48,213 bases of DNA from Bdellovibrionales bacterium. Lineage in GTDB: Bacteria > Bdellovibrionota > Bdellovibrionia > Bdellovibrionales > UBA1609. The stretch covers positions 1 through 48,213 of the forward strand of contig JALHOQ010000002.1 in assembly GCA_022842925.1 (NCBI GenBank), read 5' to 3'. Shown here one piece after another: positions 1-10,254 of the stretch (the first letter of the stretch is position 1; each line of letters begins with the position of its first letter). A model generated the notes under the pieces. The model was not told the DNA's origin, made no database searches, and was given only the letters and a program-made list of their open reading frames with translations. The position numbers were made by a program, and so were the translations under genes.

Positions 1-2009
1 CACGGTCTCGCGGTGCAGCGCCATTTCCAATGATTAAACAGAATTTGTCCACCGAACATCCCGAACGGGGTATCACCATATTTCATCATGAATGTAAAAA
101 ATGCCCAAATTTCTTCCTGGGGCATATGGCTCGCGCGGAGCAATTTTGCGAGGGTGGGCCCGTACCGATCAAAGGCCGGTCCCGCCTCGGGAAGACCAAT
201 AGTTTCGCCGTGATCGGCGTCGTAAATGGCGAGGAAGGTCTCGACATACTGAAACAGCTGCCAAGTCTGTAGAATATTTTTGGTCGACATCGGACCGACA
301 GTGACCTGACCGAGTACGGTCTCCTCGGATTGCTTCATGTATTTGATAAACAGGGCCGGATCGCCCTTGAGCACGGCCGCCCGCAAATGGGGCAACGATT
401 CGAGAGCTCGAGAATCCGGTCGAGTGGCGAGTTCACGCACGCAAGTGGCTTCACGGCCGTTGCAACGGCGGTCCGCTTCCTCCAGCCAAATCTCGGCCAC
501 GCGAAATCCCGAGGCCACGAAGGCCAGGTAGCGCGTCGCCTCACTTAAATCCAGCTCAAAATCCCCGTTTGAAGCATTGGTGAAAAGATCCGCCTCACGC
601 AGGATCCGTTTTCCGACGGTGAGCTTAGTCTGAGTCATCCAACCGAACTTTTGCAGCATCGGAAGAACTTCCGAAACAGCCAACGCGATCTCGTCTTCAC
701 TCATCTGGGGCTTGGACCCGATGTAGGCCGACTTCAGCCAATTGAGAAGTGCGAAAGGCCAGACCATTTGCCTTCGGGCGTTTTCCGACCACTCGGGCAG
801 CGGCTCACGCGCATGTACAAGCCGACCTTCTGCGTCCCACTGCATGGGGACTGAACGCACAATGATTTCGTCGAACGCCGGTATTTCGGGTATCGCATTG
901 TACTTCTGCCCTAACTCGCGCCGATGAATTTCTCGCCAAATGTTTGCATGCTCCCTGAGTTGAATCACATGCCTGAGACTTAAATCGGTCGTTTGCTGGC
1001 CGCCGCCTAGGGCGCGAATCACCAGCCAGCGGAAGGCGCCCTTTAGGGCCTCAGCTGATAGACCTTTCGGTAAAAGGTCCGTATGCTCCAGGCGTTCAAA
1101 AAAGCGATCCCATTCCTGAAGTGGCAATCCACCCGTTCCGCGCTGGCGAATGGCCGCTGCGAATACAGTAGCCATGGTGTCTAAACTATCCGGCATAAGT
1201 TCCCGGCTTAGGCCCTCATTGAGGTGATGGCGAAAGGCCTGGCGGAAATTAAGAAAAATGCGAAAGCCCTGCCCCCCGAGCCGGGTGAGAGCCAACCATT
1301 CACGGCCCTCGATCTGATCCGGGGCGCCGGAAAGCAAAAGCTGTTTGGCAGCCGGTAAAAGTTCGGCGACCGCCTCGAACTGATTTAAGTCCGCAAGCAA
1401 ACCCTTAAGTTGATGGAAACTGTAGGATTCGCGACGGCTGTCGAGCCAGCCCCCAACCCTTTGCAGTGCGCCTTCGAAGGCGCGGGCGGCTTGATCCACC
1501 TGGGCATCTGAAGCCGGTTGATTAGCGAAAAGCACGAGCACATGCGGGTGGATCTCTAAACTGAGAAGTTTGAGTTCCACGATCAAGGTATTTAAACGGC
1601 TGAGTTCCTCACGTGTGATTTCGCTCACCGAGCCTGAGAGTAGAACCCGCTTCAACTCCATCACGTGGGCAAGAACGGTGTCGTCGAGTGGCTTGGTTTT
1701 AATAAAATAACGGTACAAAAAACGGCGCAAGGCCTGCGGAGTGTAGCCCCCTTGAGGCGCATCGCCGGCGGTCAAACGCTGGTACTCGCGAACCGATTGA
1801 GCCGTGCAATCCCAAAATTCAATCACCTCCGGGCGACTCATCCGGCCCGTTAAGTAGCGGTTTATGTGGTCACCGAATTGGCTGAGGCACTCACCGTCAC
1901 CCTTGAGTTTAACTTCAATAGCGGGATTGCTCGGCGCCGATTCGCGCGCGCAAGAAATCACGAAAAGAGCGGCAAAAAGGGTGAGTCCAAAAAGAGATTT
2001 AAAAGACAT
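1..2009 (-). CDS. Large lipoprotein of unknown function (partial; C-terminal part lies beyond the left window edge)
   Basis: Absent from the ORF track because it has no stop in the window. Hand translation of the minus strand from ATG (2007-2009) stays open to base 1 (about 669 codons). It begins MSFKSLFGLTLFAALFVISCARESAPSNP, i.e. a signal peptide plus lipobox (VIS-C). The ATG overlaps the stop of the upstream OMP gene by 11 nt. No family recognised. Confidence 0.6.
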   Translation of the reverse strand, partial: MSFKSLFGLTLFAALFVISCARESAPSNPAIEVKLKGDGECLSQFGDHINRYLTGRMSRPEVIEFWDCTAQSVREYQRLTAGDAPQGGYTPQALRRFLYRYFIKTKPLDDTVLAHVMELKRVLLSGSVSEITREELSRLNTLIVELKLLSLEIHPHVLVLFANQPASDAQVDQAARAFEGALQRVGGWLDSRRESYSFHQLKGLLADLNQFEAVAELLPAAKQLLLSGAPDQIEGREWLALTRLGGQGFRIFLNFRQAFRHHLNEGLSRELMPDSLDTMATVFAAAIRQRGTGGLPLQEWDRFFERLEHTDLLPKGLSAEALKGAFRWLVIRALGGGQQTTDLSLRHVIQLREHANIWREIHRRELGQKYNAIPEIPAFDEIIVRSVPMQWDAEGRLVHAREPLPEWSENARRQMVWPFALLNWLKSAYIGSKPQMSEDEIALAVSEVLPMLQKFGWMTQTKLTVGKRILREADLFTNASNGDFELDLSEATRYLAFVASGFRVAEIWLEEADRRCNGREATCVRELATRPDSRALESLPHLRAAVLKGDPALFIKYMKQSEETVLGQVTVGPMSTKNILQTWQLFQYVETFLAIYDADHGETIGLPEAGPAFDRYGPTLAKLLRASHMPQEEIWAFFTFMMKYGDTPFGMFGGQILFNHWKWRCTARP

Positions 2010-3408
2010 AACTGGTCCCCACTGCCACGCGGTCGTTGGCTCGATAGTTCGACAAGAAACCGTTTTTTTCCGCCGCGTCCTCACCAATCAATCCGAGCAG
2101 CTCCATCTCGGTATCGATGCGCCAACGCGGGGCCACCGTGTAACCCACCGAAAATCCGATCGAACCGCCGTTTTGGATACGGTCGTAGACGACTCGAGCT
2201 TGAGTGTCGATTGGCCCCTTGAGTAGCCCGCGTACGGGCACCACGACCGAGGCGAGATAGGCTTCATTGTACTGAAAGCGCTTCTCAAACAGCGATTTTT
2301 CGGTCGCGAACACGCCGCGGTCCGACTCGGCCCCGCCCTGAATTTTGAGCACGCCGAGTTTCACCCGAGCGGCAAAACGCCCCTCTTGCTCGAGAGGTCG
2401 GGACGCGCTCAACTGGTAAATCCAGGCCGGCGCGTAAGTTTGTTTGGTGTAGGTCTGATCGAACGCCGAACCAACGGGGGCATCGAGGGTGACTCCCGAC
2501 GAGAGTGTCCAGGCCCCTAAGTCCGTCCAACTCTCCACCGCCGCCACCGAGTGGTACATCACTTTTGGTGTGATCTCGACCTGAAGATAGTCTTCGTTGT
2601 TGCCGACGATCACTCGATTGAGAGAGGGAAAGCCGAGTAAAAGCTGCGGCACTGGTTTATGCGCGAGCGTCGTGCGCCAGCCGGAAGCGGACCCGATGTC
2701 CTGCTCATAAGAGGCGATCAAGCCGGGATTGAGGGCGATTTCGCCGATGGGTGGCTGCTTAACGGAGTAGCGAATATCGCCCGCCTCTCCGCGAAAGCGA
2801 AAGTTTGCAACCGGCGGATCGAACCAAGGATTTTGGCTAACGAAACGATGATTCTCGACCGTGAAGTGGGCGCCCATGTCGGGAATGTAAAGAGGCAATA
2901 TGGCAACCGACCAGCTGCGCTTATCTAAATTCTGACCGGCAAAGAAGCCGAACAGGCCCGCGGGTTCGGGCTTGAGGCGGTTTTGCATATATCTGGAGTG
3001 GAAAACGCCCTGTTTCCACTCGTCGTCCATTGCACTCCACAGTTCGAGTTTACGGCCGAAAGACAGGTTTACGCCTTCAACCCGTTTTTCACCGTATAGC
3101 TGGTAAATGTTAAGGTAGTTCCAATTCTCAGTGGCACTGTACTCGTCTTTCAGATCGACACGCCCGTCGATTCCCGAAAACAGTTTGGCCTTTTTGTCGA
3201 GCGATAGGATGACGGAGGTATTCTCGCCGCTGGCGTCTTTGCGGTAGTAATTCGCGCCCGAGCTGATGTACTGGCTGTTCTGTAGGCGAAGCGAAGCTTT
3301 CTCATCGAGGCGCAAGGGCGCGCGGATTTCACTCGACTGGGCACTCAGGGTTTTTGCTAAAAACAAAAGCGGCAAAAACATCAAACATGAAAGCGCGCCG
3401 CGATTCAT
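1999..3408 (-). CDS. Putative outer-membrane beta-barrel protein
   Basis: ORF 1999..3546, trimmed to the internal ATG at 3406-3408, which is preceded by GGGGGGAG. This start gives MNRGALSCLMFLPLLFLAKTLSAQS (signal peptide). The protein is Gly/Tyr/Ser-rich with alternating beta-strand-like segments, and the C-terminus ...VAVGTSYVF ends in Phe, as is typical of OM barrels. The family is not recognised. Confidence 0.6.
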   Translation of the reverse strand: MNRGALSCLMFLPLLFLAKTLSAQSSEIRAPLRLDEKASLRLQNSQYISSGANYYRKDASGENTSVILSLDKKAKLFSGIDGRVDLKDEYSATENWNYLNIYQLYGEKRVEGVNLSFGRKLELWSAMDDEWKQGVFHSRYMQNRLKPEPAGLFGFFAGQNLDKRSWSVAILPLYIPDMGAHFTVENHRFVSQNPWFDPPVANFRFRGEAGDIRYSVKQPPIGEIALNPGLIASYEQDIGSASGWRTTLAHKPVPQLLLGFPSLNRVIVGNNEDYLQVEITPKVMYHSVAAVESWTDLGAWTLSSGVTLDAPVGSAFDQTYTKQTYAPAWIYQLSASRPLEQEGRFAARVKLGVLKIQGGAESDRGVFATEKSLFEKRFQYNEAYLASVVVPVRGLLKGPIDTQARVVYDRIQNGGSIGFSVGYTVAPRWRIDTEMELLGLIGEDAAEKNGFLSNYRANDRVAVGTSYVF

Positions 3409-3434
3409 CTCCCCCCCCTTTTGCAACTCGCCTT

Positions 3435-4211
3435 TTAAGTTATTCGATCCTCTTGTTGAATCCAAGACTGAATGTGTTGAAGGACCCAATCCGGGTCGTC
3501 CCACGTCAGATCGTGCCCACCCCAAGGATGCTTCTCCAAGCGCCAACCCATTTTCTTATGGAGCTCAATCGAACAGGACGGGTCCACCAGTCGGTCGCCC
3601 AGGCTGTTGAGTAGCAGAACAGGAACATTCGAGTCTTGGGGAAGTTCGGCGAAACGGCCGGCGGCCACCAGTTGATTAAAGAAATTGATATAGCGAATCG
3701 GATGCTCTACCGCGAGCCGAGTCCATAGCGGAACAGCCCGATCTTGCGCGTCTTTCGAGTTCATCACCAAGGCGGCCAACGCCCGCTCCCGGTCGCGCGG
3801 CGACTGCATGGCCAGGATTTGTACAACATCCCGCCACACTTGCCATCGCATTCTCTGAGTGATCGGGCTGACCGCCTTGGAACTGGAGTTGATCAGAATA
3901 CAAGCGTTTAGATCTTCGGGCTTTCGCCTCAGCCACTCGAGCGCGACCATTCCACCGAGAGAAAGGGCCACCAACGTAAATGAAGTTTGCGATTGGGCGC
4001 GCTCCACGGCCTTGCCGCGGACGAACTGAAAGATTTCGCCTATGGTCCGAGGAGACGATTCATCGCGAAACTCACCGGCTCCGGGCAAATCGATAGCCAA
4101 AACTTCGTCCGCACTAAAGCGCGCGGCGAAGTTTTCGGCGAACGGCCCCCAATGGCCCTTCTCGCGACCCAGCCCGCGCAGCAAGATCCATGTGCGCTTC
4201 TTACTTTTCAT
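3435..4211 (-). CDS. Alpha/beta-fold hydrolase
   Basis: 258-aa ORF with a nucleophile-elbow motif LSLGG (GxSxG-like) inside LVALSLGGMVALEW, an N-terminal WILLRGLGRE..HW, and a C-terminal GGHD. The start overlaps the upstream gene's stop by 11 nt. Confidence 0.7.
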   Translation of the reverse strand: MKSKKRTWILLRGLGREKGHWGPFAENFAARFSADEVLAIDLPGAGEFRDESSPRTIGEIFQFVRGKAVERAQSQTSFTLVALSLGGMVALEWLRRKPEDLNACILINSSSKAVSPITQRMRWQVWRDVVQILAMQSPRDRERALAALVMNSKDAQDRAVPLWTRLAVEHPIRYINFFNQLVAAGRFAELPQDSNVPVLLLNSLGDRLVDPSCSIELHKKMGWRLEKHPWGGHDLTWDDPDWVLQHIQSWIQQEDRIT

Positions 4212-5271
4212 ACCACTGCCCCAACGCTTTACGGGTGTTCAAAGCGCGCATTTCCTCGCTCTGCGTGAACCAGCCCTCCGGGGATATAACGGCCCGATGA
4301 AGAAAATCAAAGAGATTCAAGTGTCGCCGCAAAATCCGACTGCGCCGATGCGGGAGTCGCGGATCGAACATTCCCTCTTTTAAAAAAACCTGCAGCGGAT
4401 TTTTTTTGAGCCACATCCAGGAGCCCATCTCGAGCGTGAAAGGCATGAAAAAACCATGGCCCGCGCGCTTGCGATTCTCTTCAAAAATATGATCCCAAGG
4501 ATCGCCGTGGATGGTGTACTGACGTGACATCGGTTCGAAAGCGTAAAAATGGTGAGGATAGGTTTGATCCAAAAGTCCCTTTAGCGCGAACGCTTCGGCC
4601 AAGTAGGGAAATGGCCGGCGCGAGTGGGCATAGGGAAACCAAAAGCGGTCCTTAGCGCCGAATCCGGAGTGCACGTCCACCGCGAGCGAGATCTTAGACG
4701 TGAGCAACTCTTTCTCGACAACCTCCATCAAGGCTTTGACCTCGACTTCCATCTCCACGCCTTCAGGACCCCGGTACCACGGCAGTTTGGACGACAGGCG
4801 GTGTCCGCGGAAAACGGCGCTCGAATGATTTTCACCGTCGAGAGGCGAGTTGCGCATAAGGTCGACGCCGTTGCCATTGCTGCGTGTGCGATTCACGATC
4901 CCGACCGGATTCAGCAGCGGCATAAAAACCAAGCGCGATTCTTTAAGGCGCTCTTGCGACTGGCGGTCCCAGCGCAAAAGTTCAAGCAGCGTGTGCATAT
5001 AGGCCAGCACGACTTCACTGCCGATCTTTTCGAGCCCATGGGCGCCGGCAAAAAATCCGACACTGGGAGCCTGCGGATCCGCGCTGCCAATGCTCATGCT
5101 ATAGAGCGGATAGGACTTGTCTTTGTGCGTGACTTCACCGACCACACGGGTACGGGCCCGATCACCGAATCCTTCGATCAAAGATTCAAGATCCGTCATT
5201 TCAGGGAAACTTCGACGCGCCAAAAATTCAGGCATCCTTAAATTATAAACGTCCTTGAGGACGCGTTGCAA
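4201..5271 (-). CDS. M14-like zinc carboxypeptidase / deacylase-fold protein (DUF2817-like)
   Basis: 356-aa ORF with an HxxE zinc motif in [12 protein letters not shown] and a second His in AVDVHSGFG. The start is uncertain: the track start is TTG at 5271, and ATG at 5235 (MPEFLARR) is an alternative that leaves more room for the divergent acs promoter. Confidence 0.55.
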   Translation of the reverse strand: MQRVLKDVYNLRMPEFLARRSFPEMTDLESLIEGFGDRARTRVVGEVTHKDKSYPLYSMSIGSADPQAPSVGFFAGAHGLEKIGSEVVLAYMHTLLELLRWDRQSQERLKESRLVFMPLLNPVGIVNRTRSNGNGVDLMRNSPLDGENHSSAVFRGHRLSSKLPWYRGPEGVEMEVEVKALMEVVEKELLTSKISLAVDVHSGFGAKDRFWFPYAHSRRPFPYLAEAFALKGLLDQTYPHHFYAFEPMSRQYTIHGDPWDHIFEENRKRAGHGFFMPFTLEMGSWMWLKKNPLQVFLKEGMFDPRLPHRRSRILRRHLNLFDFLHRAVISPEGWFTQSEEMRALNTRKALGQWYEK

Positions 5272-5310
5272 CTCATGTTAGCCAAAACGATTCATTGTGC
5301 GGGGGAAAAT

Positions 5311-7263
5311 ATGACGAACAATCAAACGGGCGAACAGATTTCTGTGAGTGACGCTTGGAGCAGCAAGGCCTGGGTCAATCGCGAGCAATACCTCGAGATG
5401 TACCAGCGGAGCGTGGACAACCCCGACGCTTTTTGGGCCGCACAAGCCGAACGTTTGTCGTGGTTTGAAAAGTGGCAAGAAGTTCAGAACTGCACATTTC
5501 AGCACCCCGTGCACATTGAATGGTATCGGGGCGGCAAGTTAAACGTCACGCATAACTGCATCGATCGTCATTTGGAACGGCACGGAAACCGGGTTGCTTT
5601 TTTTTGGGAGCCGGAAGATCCGGCGCGACATAAGGCGCTCGCGATCACATATAAAGAGCTTCATGAGAAGGTCGGGCGCCTGTCGAACGGACTAAAGTCA
5701 CTTGGCGTAAAAAAAGGCGATCGAGTCACGATCTACATGCCGATGATTCCCGAAGCTGCGTATGCGATGCTGGCCTGCGCCCGAATCGGGGCGGTTCACT
5801 CCGTGGTTTTTGGCGGCTTTTCTCCAGACTCCCTATCCGACCGGATTGTGGATTGCGAGAGCGACTTCGTGATCACGGCCGATGAGGGTTTGCGCGGCGG
5901 TAAGGTCATTCCCTTAAAAGTGAATACGGATGAGGCCCTTAAAAAAGCGGCCCGGGTACAGAAAGTCGTCGTCGTGCGCCATACAGGAAGTGCTGTGGGT
6001 TTTCAGGCGGGACGGGATGTTTGGTATCACGATTTGGTGGCCGGCCAAAGCCCCGACTGCCCACCGGAAGTGATGGAGGCTGAAGACCCTTTGTTCCTGC
6101 TCTACACTTCTGGCTCGACCAATAAACCAAAAGGCGTTCTGCACACCACCGGCGGCTATTTGGTTTATGCCTCGTTCACCCACCAGCTGGTGTTCGACTA
6201 CCACCCGGACGACATTTATTGGTGTGCGGCCGATATCGGCTGGGTCACCGGTCACTCTTATATTTTATATGGTCCCTTAAGCAATGCCGCCACCTCCGTT
6301 TTATACGAGGGCTTGCCCACTTATCCGACGGCGTCGCGAATGTGGGAGATTGTCGACAAATATAAAGTGAACACTCTGTACACGGCTCCCACTCTGATTC
6401 GATCTTTGATGGCGCTCGGCGAAGAGCCGGTAAAACGGGCTTCGCGTGCCTCTTTGCGCTTACTCGGTTCCGTGGGTGAACCCATCAATCCGGAGGCCTG
6501 GCTCTGGTACTACCGCACAATCGGCGATTCGCGCTGTCCGATTGTAGACACCTGGTGGCAGACAGAGACCGGCGGGATTCTGATCTCCCCTTTACCGGGG
6601 GCCACTATGTTAAAGCCCGGATCCGCCACACTTCCTTTATTCGGCGTGCGCCCTGTATTGGTGGACGACCAGGGAGCGCGCTTGAGCGGCGAGGCTCAAG
6701 GCAATCTATGCTTAGAGGGCTCGTGGCCCGGACAAATGCGTACGGTGTATAAAGATCACGAGCGCTTTTTCCAAACTTATTTTTCGACTTATCCGGGGCT
6801 GTACTTCACCGGGGATGGCTGCAAACGCGATCGCGACGGCTACTATTGGATTACGGGGCGCGTGGATGATGTTTTGAATGTGAGTGGGCACCGGCTGGGG
6901 ACGGCCGAAATTGAAAGCGCGCTGGTCGCCCACGAATCTGTGTCAGAGTCTGCGGTGGTGGGATTCCCCCATGATATCAAGGGCCAAGGCATTTATGCTT
7001 ATGTGACTTTGAAGGTCGGCGTGGCTCCTTCCGAGAACTTACGCAAAGAACTTGCAGAATGGGTACGCCTAGAGATCGGAGGATTGGCCAAACCGGATTT
7101 TATTCAGTGGGCGCCGGCCCTGCCGAAAACGCGCTCGGGCAAAATCATGCGCCGTATTTTGCGTAAGATCGCCTGCAATGAATTAGACAATATCGGCGAC
7201 ACGTCTACGCTTGCCGATCCGGGTGTTGTCAAAGATTTGATGTCTCAGCGCATGAGAAGTTGA
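5311..7263 (+). CDS. acs: Acetyl-CoA synthetase (AMP-forming)
   Basis: The protein shows AMP-binding motifs ([51 protein letters not shown]) and full-length colinearity with Acs. I use the ATG at 5311, preceded by GGGGGAAAAT, rather than the track start at 5266. Confidence 0.95.
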   Translation: MTNNQTGEQISVSDAWSSKAWVNREQYLEMYQRSVDNPDAFWAAQAERLSWFEKWQEVQNCTFQHPVHIEWYRGGKLNVTHNCIDRHLERHGNRVAFFWEPEDPARHKALAITYKELHEKVGRLSNGLKSLGVKKGDRVTIYMPMIPEAAYAMLACARIGAVHSVVFGGFSPDSLSDRIVDCESDFVITADEGLRGGKVIPLKVNTDEALKKAARVQKVVVVRHTGSAVGFQAGRDVWYHDLVAGQSPDCPPEVMEAEDPLFLLYTSGSTNKPKGVLHTTGGYLVYASFTHQLVFDYHPDDIYWCAADIGWVTGHSYILYGPLSNAATSVLYEGLPTYPTASRMWEIVDKYKVNTLYTAPTLIRSLMALGEEPVKRASRASLRLLGSVGEPINPEAWLWYYRTIGDSRCPIVDTWWQTETGGILISPLPGATMLKPGSATLPLFGVRPVLVDDQGARLSGEAQGNLCLEGSWPGQMRTVYKDHERFFQTYFSTYPGLYFTGDGCKRDRDGYYWITGRVDDVLNVSGHRLGTAEIESALVAHESVSESAVVGFPHDIKGQGIYAYVTLKVGVAPSENLRKELAEWVRLEIGGLAKPDFIQWAPALPKTRSGKIMRRILRKIACNELDNIGDTSTLADPGVVKDLMSQRMRS

Positions 7264-7782
7264 TCTTTTGACAGATGTATTCGTGACCACGCCAAGGCTT
7301 TGACCTCGAGAACCAGACTTGCGATATCAAACCGTTGCTGCATACAATTTAAGCACGAATTTGCAGTCAAGAAAAAGACTGCATCAAGGTGAGGTTGCGC
7401 GCGTGATTGTCTCCGCAAGCAAATTTCCTAGTGCTCGAATTGCCGACAAAAAATATTTTCTTTACTCGCCCGCCTGCATCGCCATTGACAGTTTTCTTTC
7501 GAAGGCGTTAGCGTTTGAGGTGTTAAGATTCTGTTGTTTTGTTTCATCTTTTTATTCCGGTAAAAAGACGGCCGACAGAACGACAGCAGCTCAAGCAGGT
7601 CCCAGATCCATTGACGGATCATTTTCCAGGAGCTTAAGGACGACGCTCCGATTGGCTTTGAGTCGCTTTCAAAAAAATTTGACCAAGGAACCGAAATTTT
7701 ACGAGGGGGATTTCGGCAACCTTCCGAAAGACGGAATCGTCTTTAGGGCACAACATACTCCTCGCGTATTTAAGGGGGCTGC

Positions 7783-10236
7783 ATGAATCAACAGACAGAG
7801 AACGTGGACACGCTTTCTCAGCCACATCCGCACCAACCGCCCACTCCTCCCACTGGTATGGGAGAGGAGCACTCGCCTGAAGGGCCGATTGTGATGCGCG
7901 TGCGTAAGCGCGACGGGTCTTTGCAAGCCGTGGATGTGAATAAGATCGTGAACGTGGCCCTGGCCTGTTCGACCGGTTTGAAAGAAGTCGACCCCATGCG
8001 CGTGGCCGCAAAGGTGATTAGCGGTCTATATGATGGCGCTTCGACCAAGGAGCTCGATCAGCTGTGCATTCAAACAGCGGCTTTGCTGATTGGCGAAGAG
8101 CCCCAGTATTCGAAACTGGCCTCCCGTTTGCTCGCGCGCTTTATCGGCGAAGAAGTGACCAATCAGAATATTCGTAACTTTTACGACTCGATCACCGTGG
8201 CCCATAAGCGCGGCCTGGTCTCGGAGGAGAAGTACAAGTTCGTGAAGGAGCACAAAGAGGCTCTGAATATCATTATCGACGATTCCCGCACCCACCGCTT
8301 TGAATACTTCGGTCTGCGTACTATATATGACCGCTATTTGCTAAAGGACCCCTCTTCGCGCCAAGTGGTCGAAACCCCCCAGTACTTCTTTTTGCGAGTG
8401 GCCTGTGGTTTGGCCAAATCGTTCCAAGAAGCCAAAGAGTTTTACGAACTGATTTCGTCTTTAGATTACATGCCGTCGTCGCCCACTCTTTTCAACGCGG
8501 CCACCATGCGTCCACAGCTGTCGTCGTGCTATTTGCTGGACTCCCCGCTCGACGACCTATCGTCCATCTACGACAAATATAAAGATATCGCCTTGCTGTC
8601 CAAGTTCGCCGGCGGCATTGGTGTTTCGTTTTCGCGCGTGCGTTCCCGCGGCTCCCTGATTAAGGGGACCAATGGCCATTCCAACGGACTGGTTCCGTGG
8701 TTAAAGACTTTGGATTCCTCGGTTGCGGCCGTCAATCAGGGTGGCAAGCGAAAAGGCGCGGCCTGTATTTATTTGGAGACTTGGCACTCGGATATCGAGG
8801 AGTTTTTGGAGTTGCGTGACAACACGGGCGATGAGGCCCAGCGCGCACACAACCTGAACTTAGCCAACTGGGTTCCCGACATCTTCATGCGCCGGGCGGA
8901 AGCCGACGCCATGTGGTCGCTCTTTGATCCCAGCCAGGTGCCGGAGTTTGTAGATTTGTACGGTGAAGAGTTTGATAAGGCTTATGAGGCAGCGGAGGCC
9001 GCCGGACTTTCCACACGACAGGTTAAGGCCCGCGATCTTTATGCCCGCATGATGAAGACTCTGGCTCAAACCGGAAACGGTTGGATGACCTTTAAAGATG
9101 CATCCAATAAGAAGTCGAACCAAACCGGCTTGCCTCATAACGTGATTCATCTGTCGAATCTCTGCACCGAGATCCTAGAAGTCACCAATAACGACGAGAC
9201 CGCCGTTTGCAATCTCGGCTCGGTAAACCTGGGCGCCCATGTCTTGGATGGGGCCTTTGACTTTGAAAAGCTGGCCCATACGGTTGAAGTCGCGGTCAAG
9301 TATCTGGATCGAGTAATCGATATCAATTTCTACCCGATCCCAACCGCCGACTCGTCGAACCAGCGCTGGCGCCCGGTGGGCCTTGGCGTAATGGGTCTTC
9401 AAGATGTGTTCTTTAAGCTGAGCCTGCCGTTCGACTCGGATGAGGCGTTAAAGCTTTCGAGCAAAATTCAAGAAGAGATCTATTACCACGCTTTAAAGAC
9501 GTCTTGCGCACTGGCCGAAAAATCAGGACCGCATAAGGCTTTTGCTGAAACCAAAGCGGCTCAGGGAGTCTTGCAGTTCGACCTGTGGGGAGTGGTGCCG
9601 CAGGATATGGAGCGCTGGGAGCGACTACGCCGTAAAATCAAGACCATTGGTCTACGCAACTCGTTGCTGATCGCCATCGCTCCGACGGCCACCATCGCGT
9701 CGATCGTGGGTGCTTATGAGGCCATCGAGCCTCAGGTATCGAACCTGTTTAAGCGCGAAACGCTTTCGGGCGAGTTTATTCAGATCAATCGTTATTTGGT
9801 GGATGCGTTGAAAATGCGCGGGATGTGGAACGACGAGATCCGCAGCCGAATTAAGACCGCCGAGGGCTCGATTCAGAATATTGACGGCATTCCAGACGAC
9901 ATCAAACAGATTTTCCGTACGGTTTGGGAGATTCCGCAGAAGTCGCTGATTGATTTGGCGGCCGGCCGCGGAGCTTTTATTGATCAGGCGCAGTCGCTGA
10001 ACCTGTTTATTGAAAGCCCAACTATCGGCAAGCTGTCGTCGATGTATATGTACGCGTGGAAATCGGGCATGAAGACCACCTATTATATGCGATCACGACC
10101 GGCGACGAAAATTGCCAAGGTCACCACTGGGAATTATAGTGAAGAAACTTCCGCGACACCGAAGAAGACATTTGGCGATGAGGAGGCTTTGGCCTGCTCA
10201 TTGGAGAACCCTGAATCGTGCGAAGCTTGTCAGTAA
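7783..10236 (+). CDS. nrdA: Ribonucleoside-diphosphate reductase alpha subunit (class I) with N-terminal ATP-cone
   Basis: ATP-cone VRKRDGSLQAVDVNKI, active-site region NLCTEI, and a C-terminal Cys pair ...ESCEACQ. An SD (AAGGGGG) lies 4 nt upstream of the ATG. There is a Pro/His-rich N-terminal extension of about 35 aa before the ATP-cone. Confidence 0.95.
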   Translation: MNQQTENVDTLSQPHPHQPPTPPTGMGEEHSPEGPIVMRVRKRDGSLQAVDVNKIVNVALACSTGLKEVDPMRVAAKVISGLYDGASTKELDQLCIQTAALLIGEEPQYSKLASRLLARFIGEEVTNQNIRNFYDSITVAHKRGLVSEEKYKFVKEHKEALNIIIDDSRTHRFEYFGLRTIYDRYLLKDPSSRQVVETPQYFFLRVACGLAKSFQEAKEFYELISSLDYMPSSPTLFNAATMRPQLSSCYLLDSPLDDLSSIYDKYKDIALLSKFAGGIGVSFSRVRSRGSLIKGTNGHSNGLVPWLKTLDSSVAAVNQGGKRKGAACIYLETWHSDIEEFLELRDNTGDEAQRAHNLNLANWVPDIFMRRAEADAMWSLFDPSQVPEFVDLYGEEFDKAYEAAEAAGLSTRQVKARDLYARMMKTLAQTGNGWMTFKDASNKKSNQTGLPHNVIHLSNLCTEILEVTNNDETAVCNLGSVNLGAHVLDGAFDFEKLAHTVEVAVKYLDRVIDINFYPIPTADSSNQRWRPVGLGVMGLQDVFFKLSLPFDSDEALKLSSKIQEEIYYHALKTSCALAEKSGPHKAFAETKAAQGVLQFDLWGVVPQDMERWERLRRKIKTIGLRNSLLIAIAPTATIASIVGAYEAIEPQVSNLFKRETLSGEFIQINRYLVDALKMRGMWNDEIRSRIKTAEGSIQNIDGIPDDIKQIFRTVWEIPQKSLIDLAAGRGAFIDQAQSLNLFIESPTIGKLSSMYMYAWKSGMKTTYYMRSRPATKIAKVTTGNYSEETSATPKKTFGDEEALACSLENPESCEACQ

Positions 10237-10254
10237 ATTGAAGGAGTAAACATC

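Noticed and set aside
3409-3546. N-terminal extensions of several track ORFs, e.g. 1999..3546, 43302..44315, 46952..47887, 33462..34523, 45126..46193 and 5266..7263
   Set aside because: In each case an internal ATG or GTG with a proper SD gives a canonical N-terminus (a signal peptide or known family start). The extension either overlaps the neighbouring gene or has non-protein-like composition.
7450-7459. AAAATATTTT palindrome upstream of nrdA as an NrdR box
   Set aside because: Extending it to the 16-bp NrdR consensus (acaCwAtATaTwgtgt) gives several mismatches in the outer ACAC/GTGT positions. No second box is seen at the expected spacing of about 31-32 bp.
7319-7786. 155-aa plus-strand ORF filling the acs-nrdA spacer
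   Set aside because: It has a TTG start without an SD. Its composition is Ser/Arg/Phe/Cys-rich and not protein-like. It runs into the nrdA start, and the region is more plausibly a regulatory leader.
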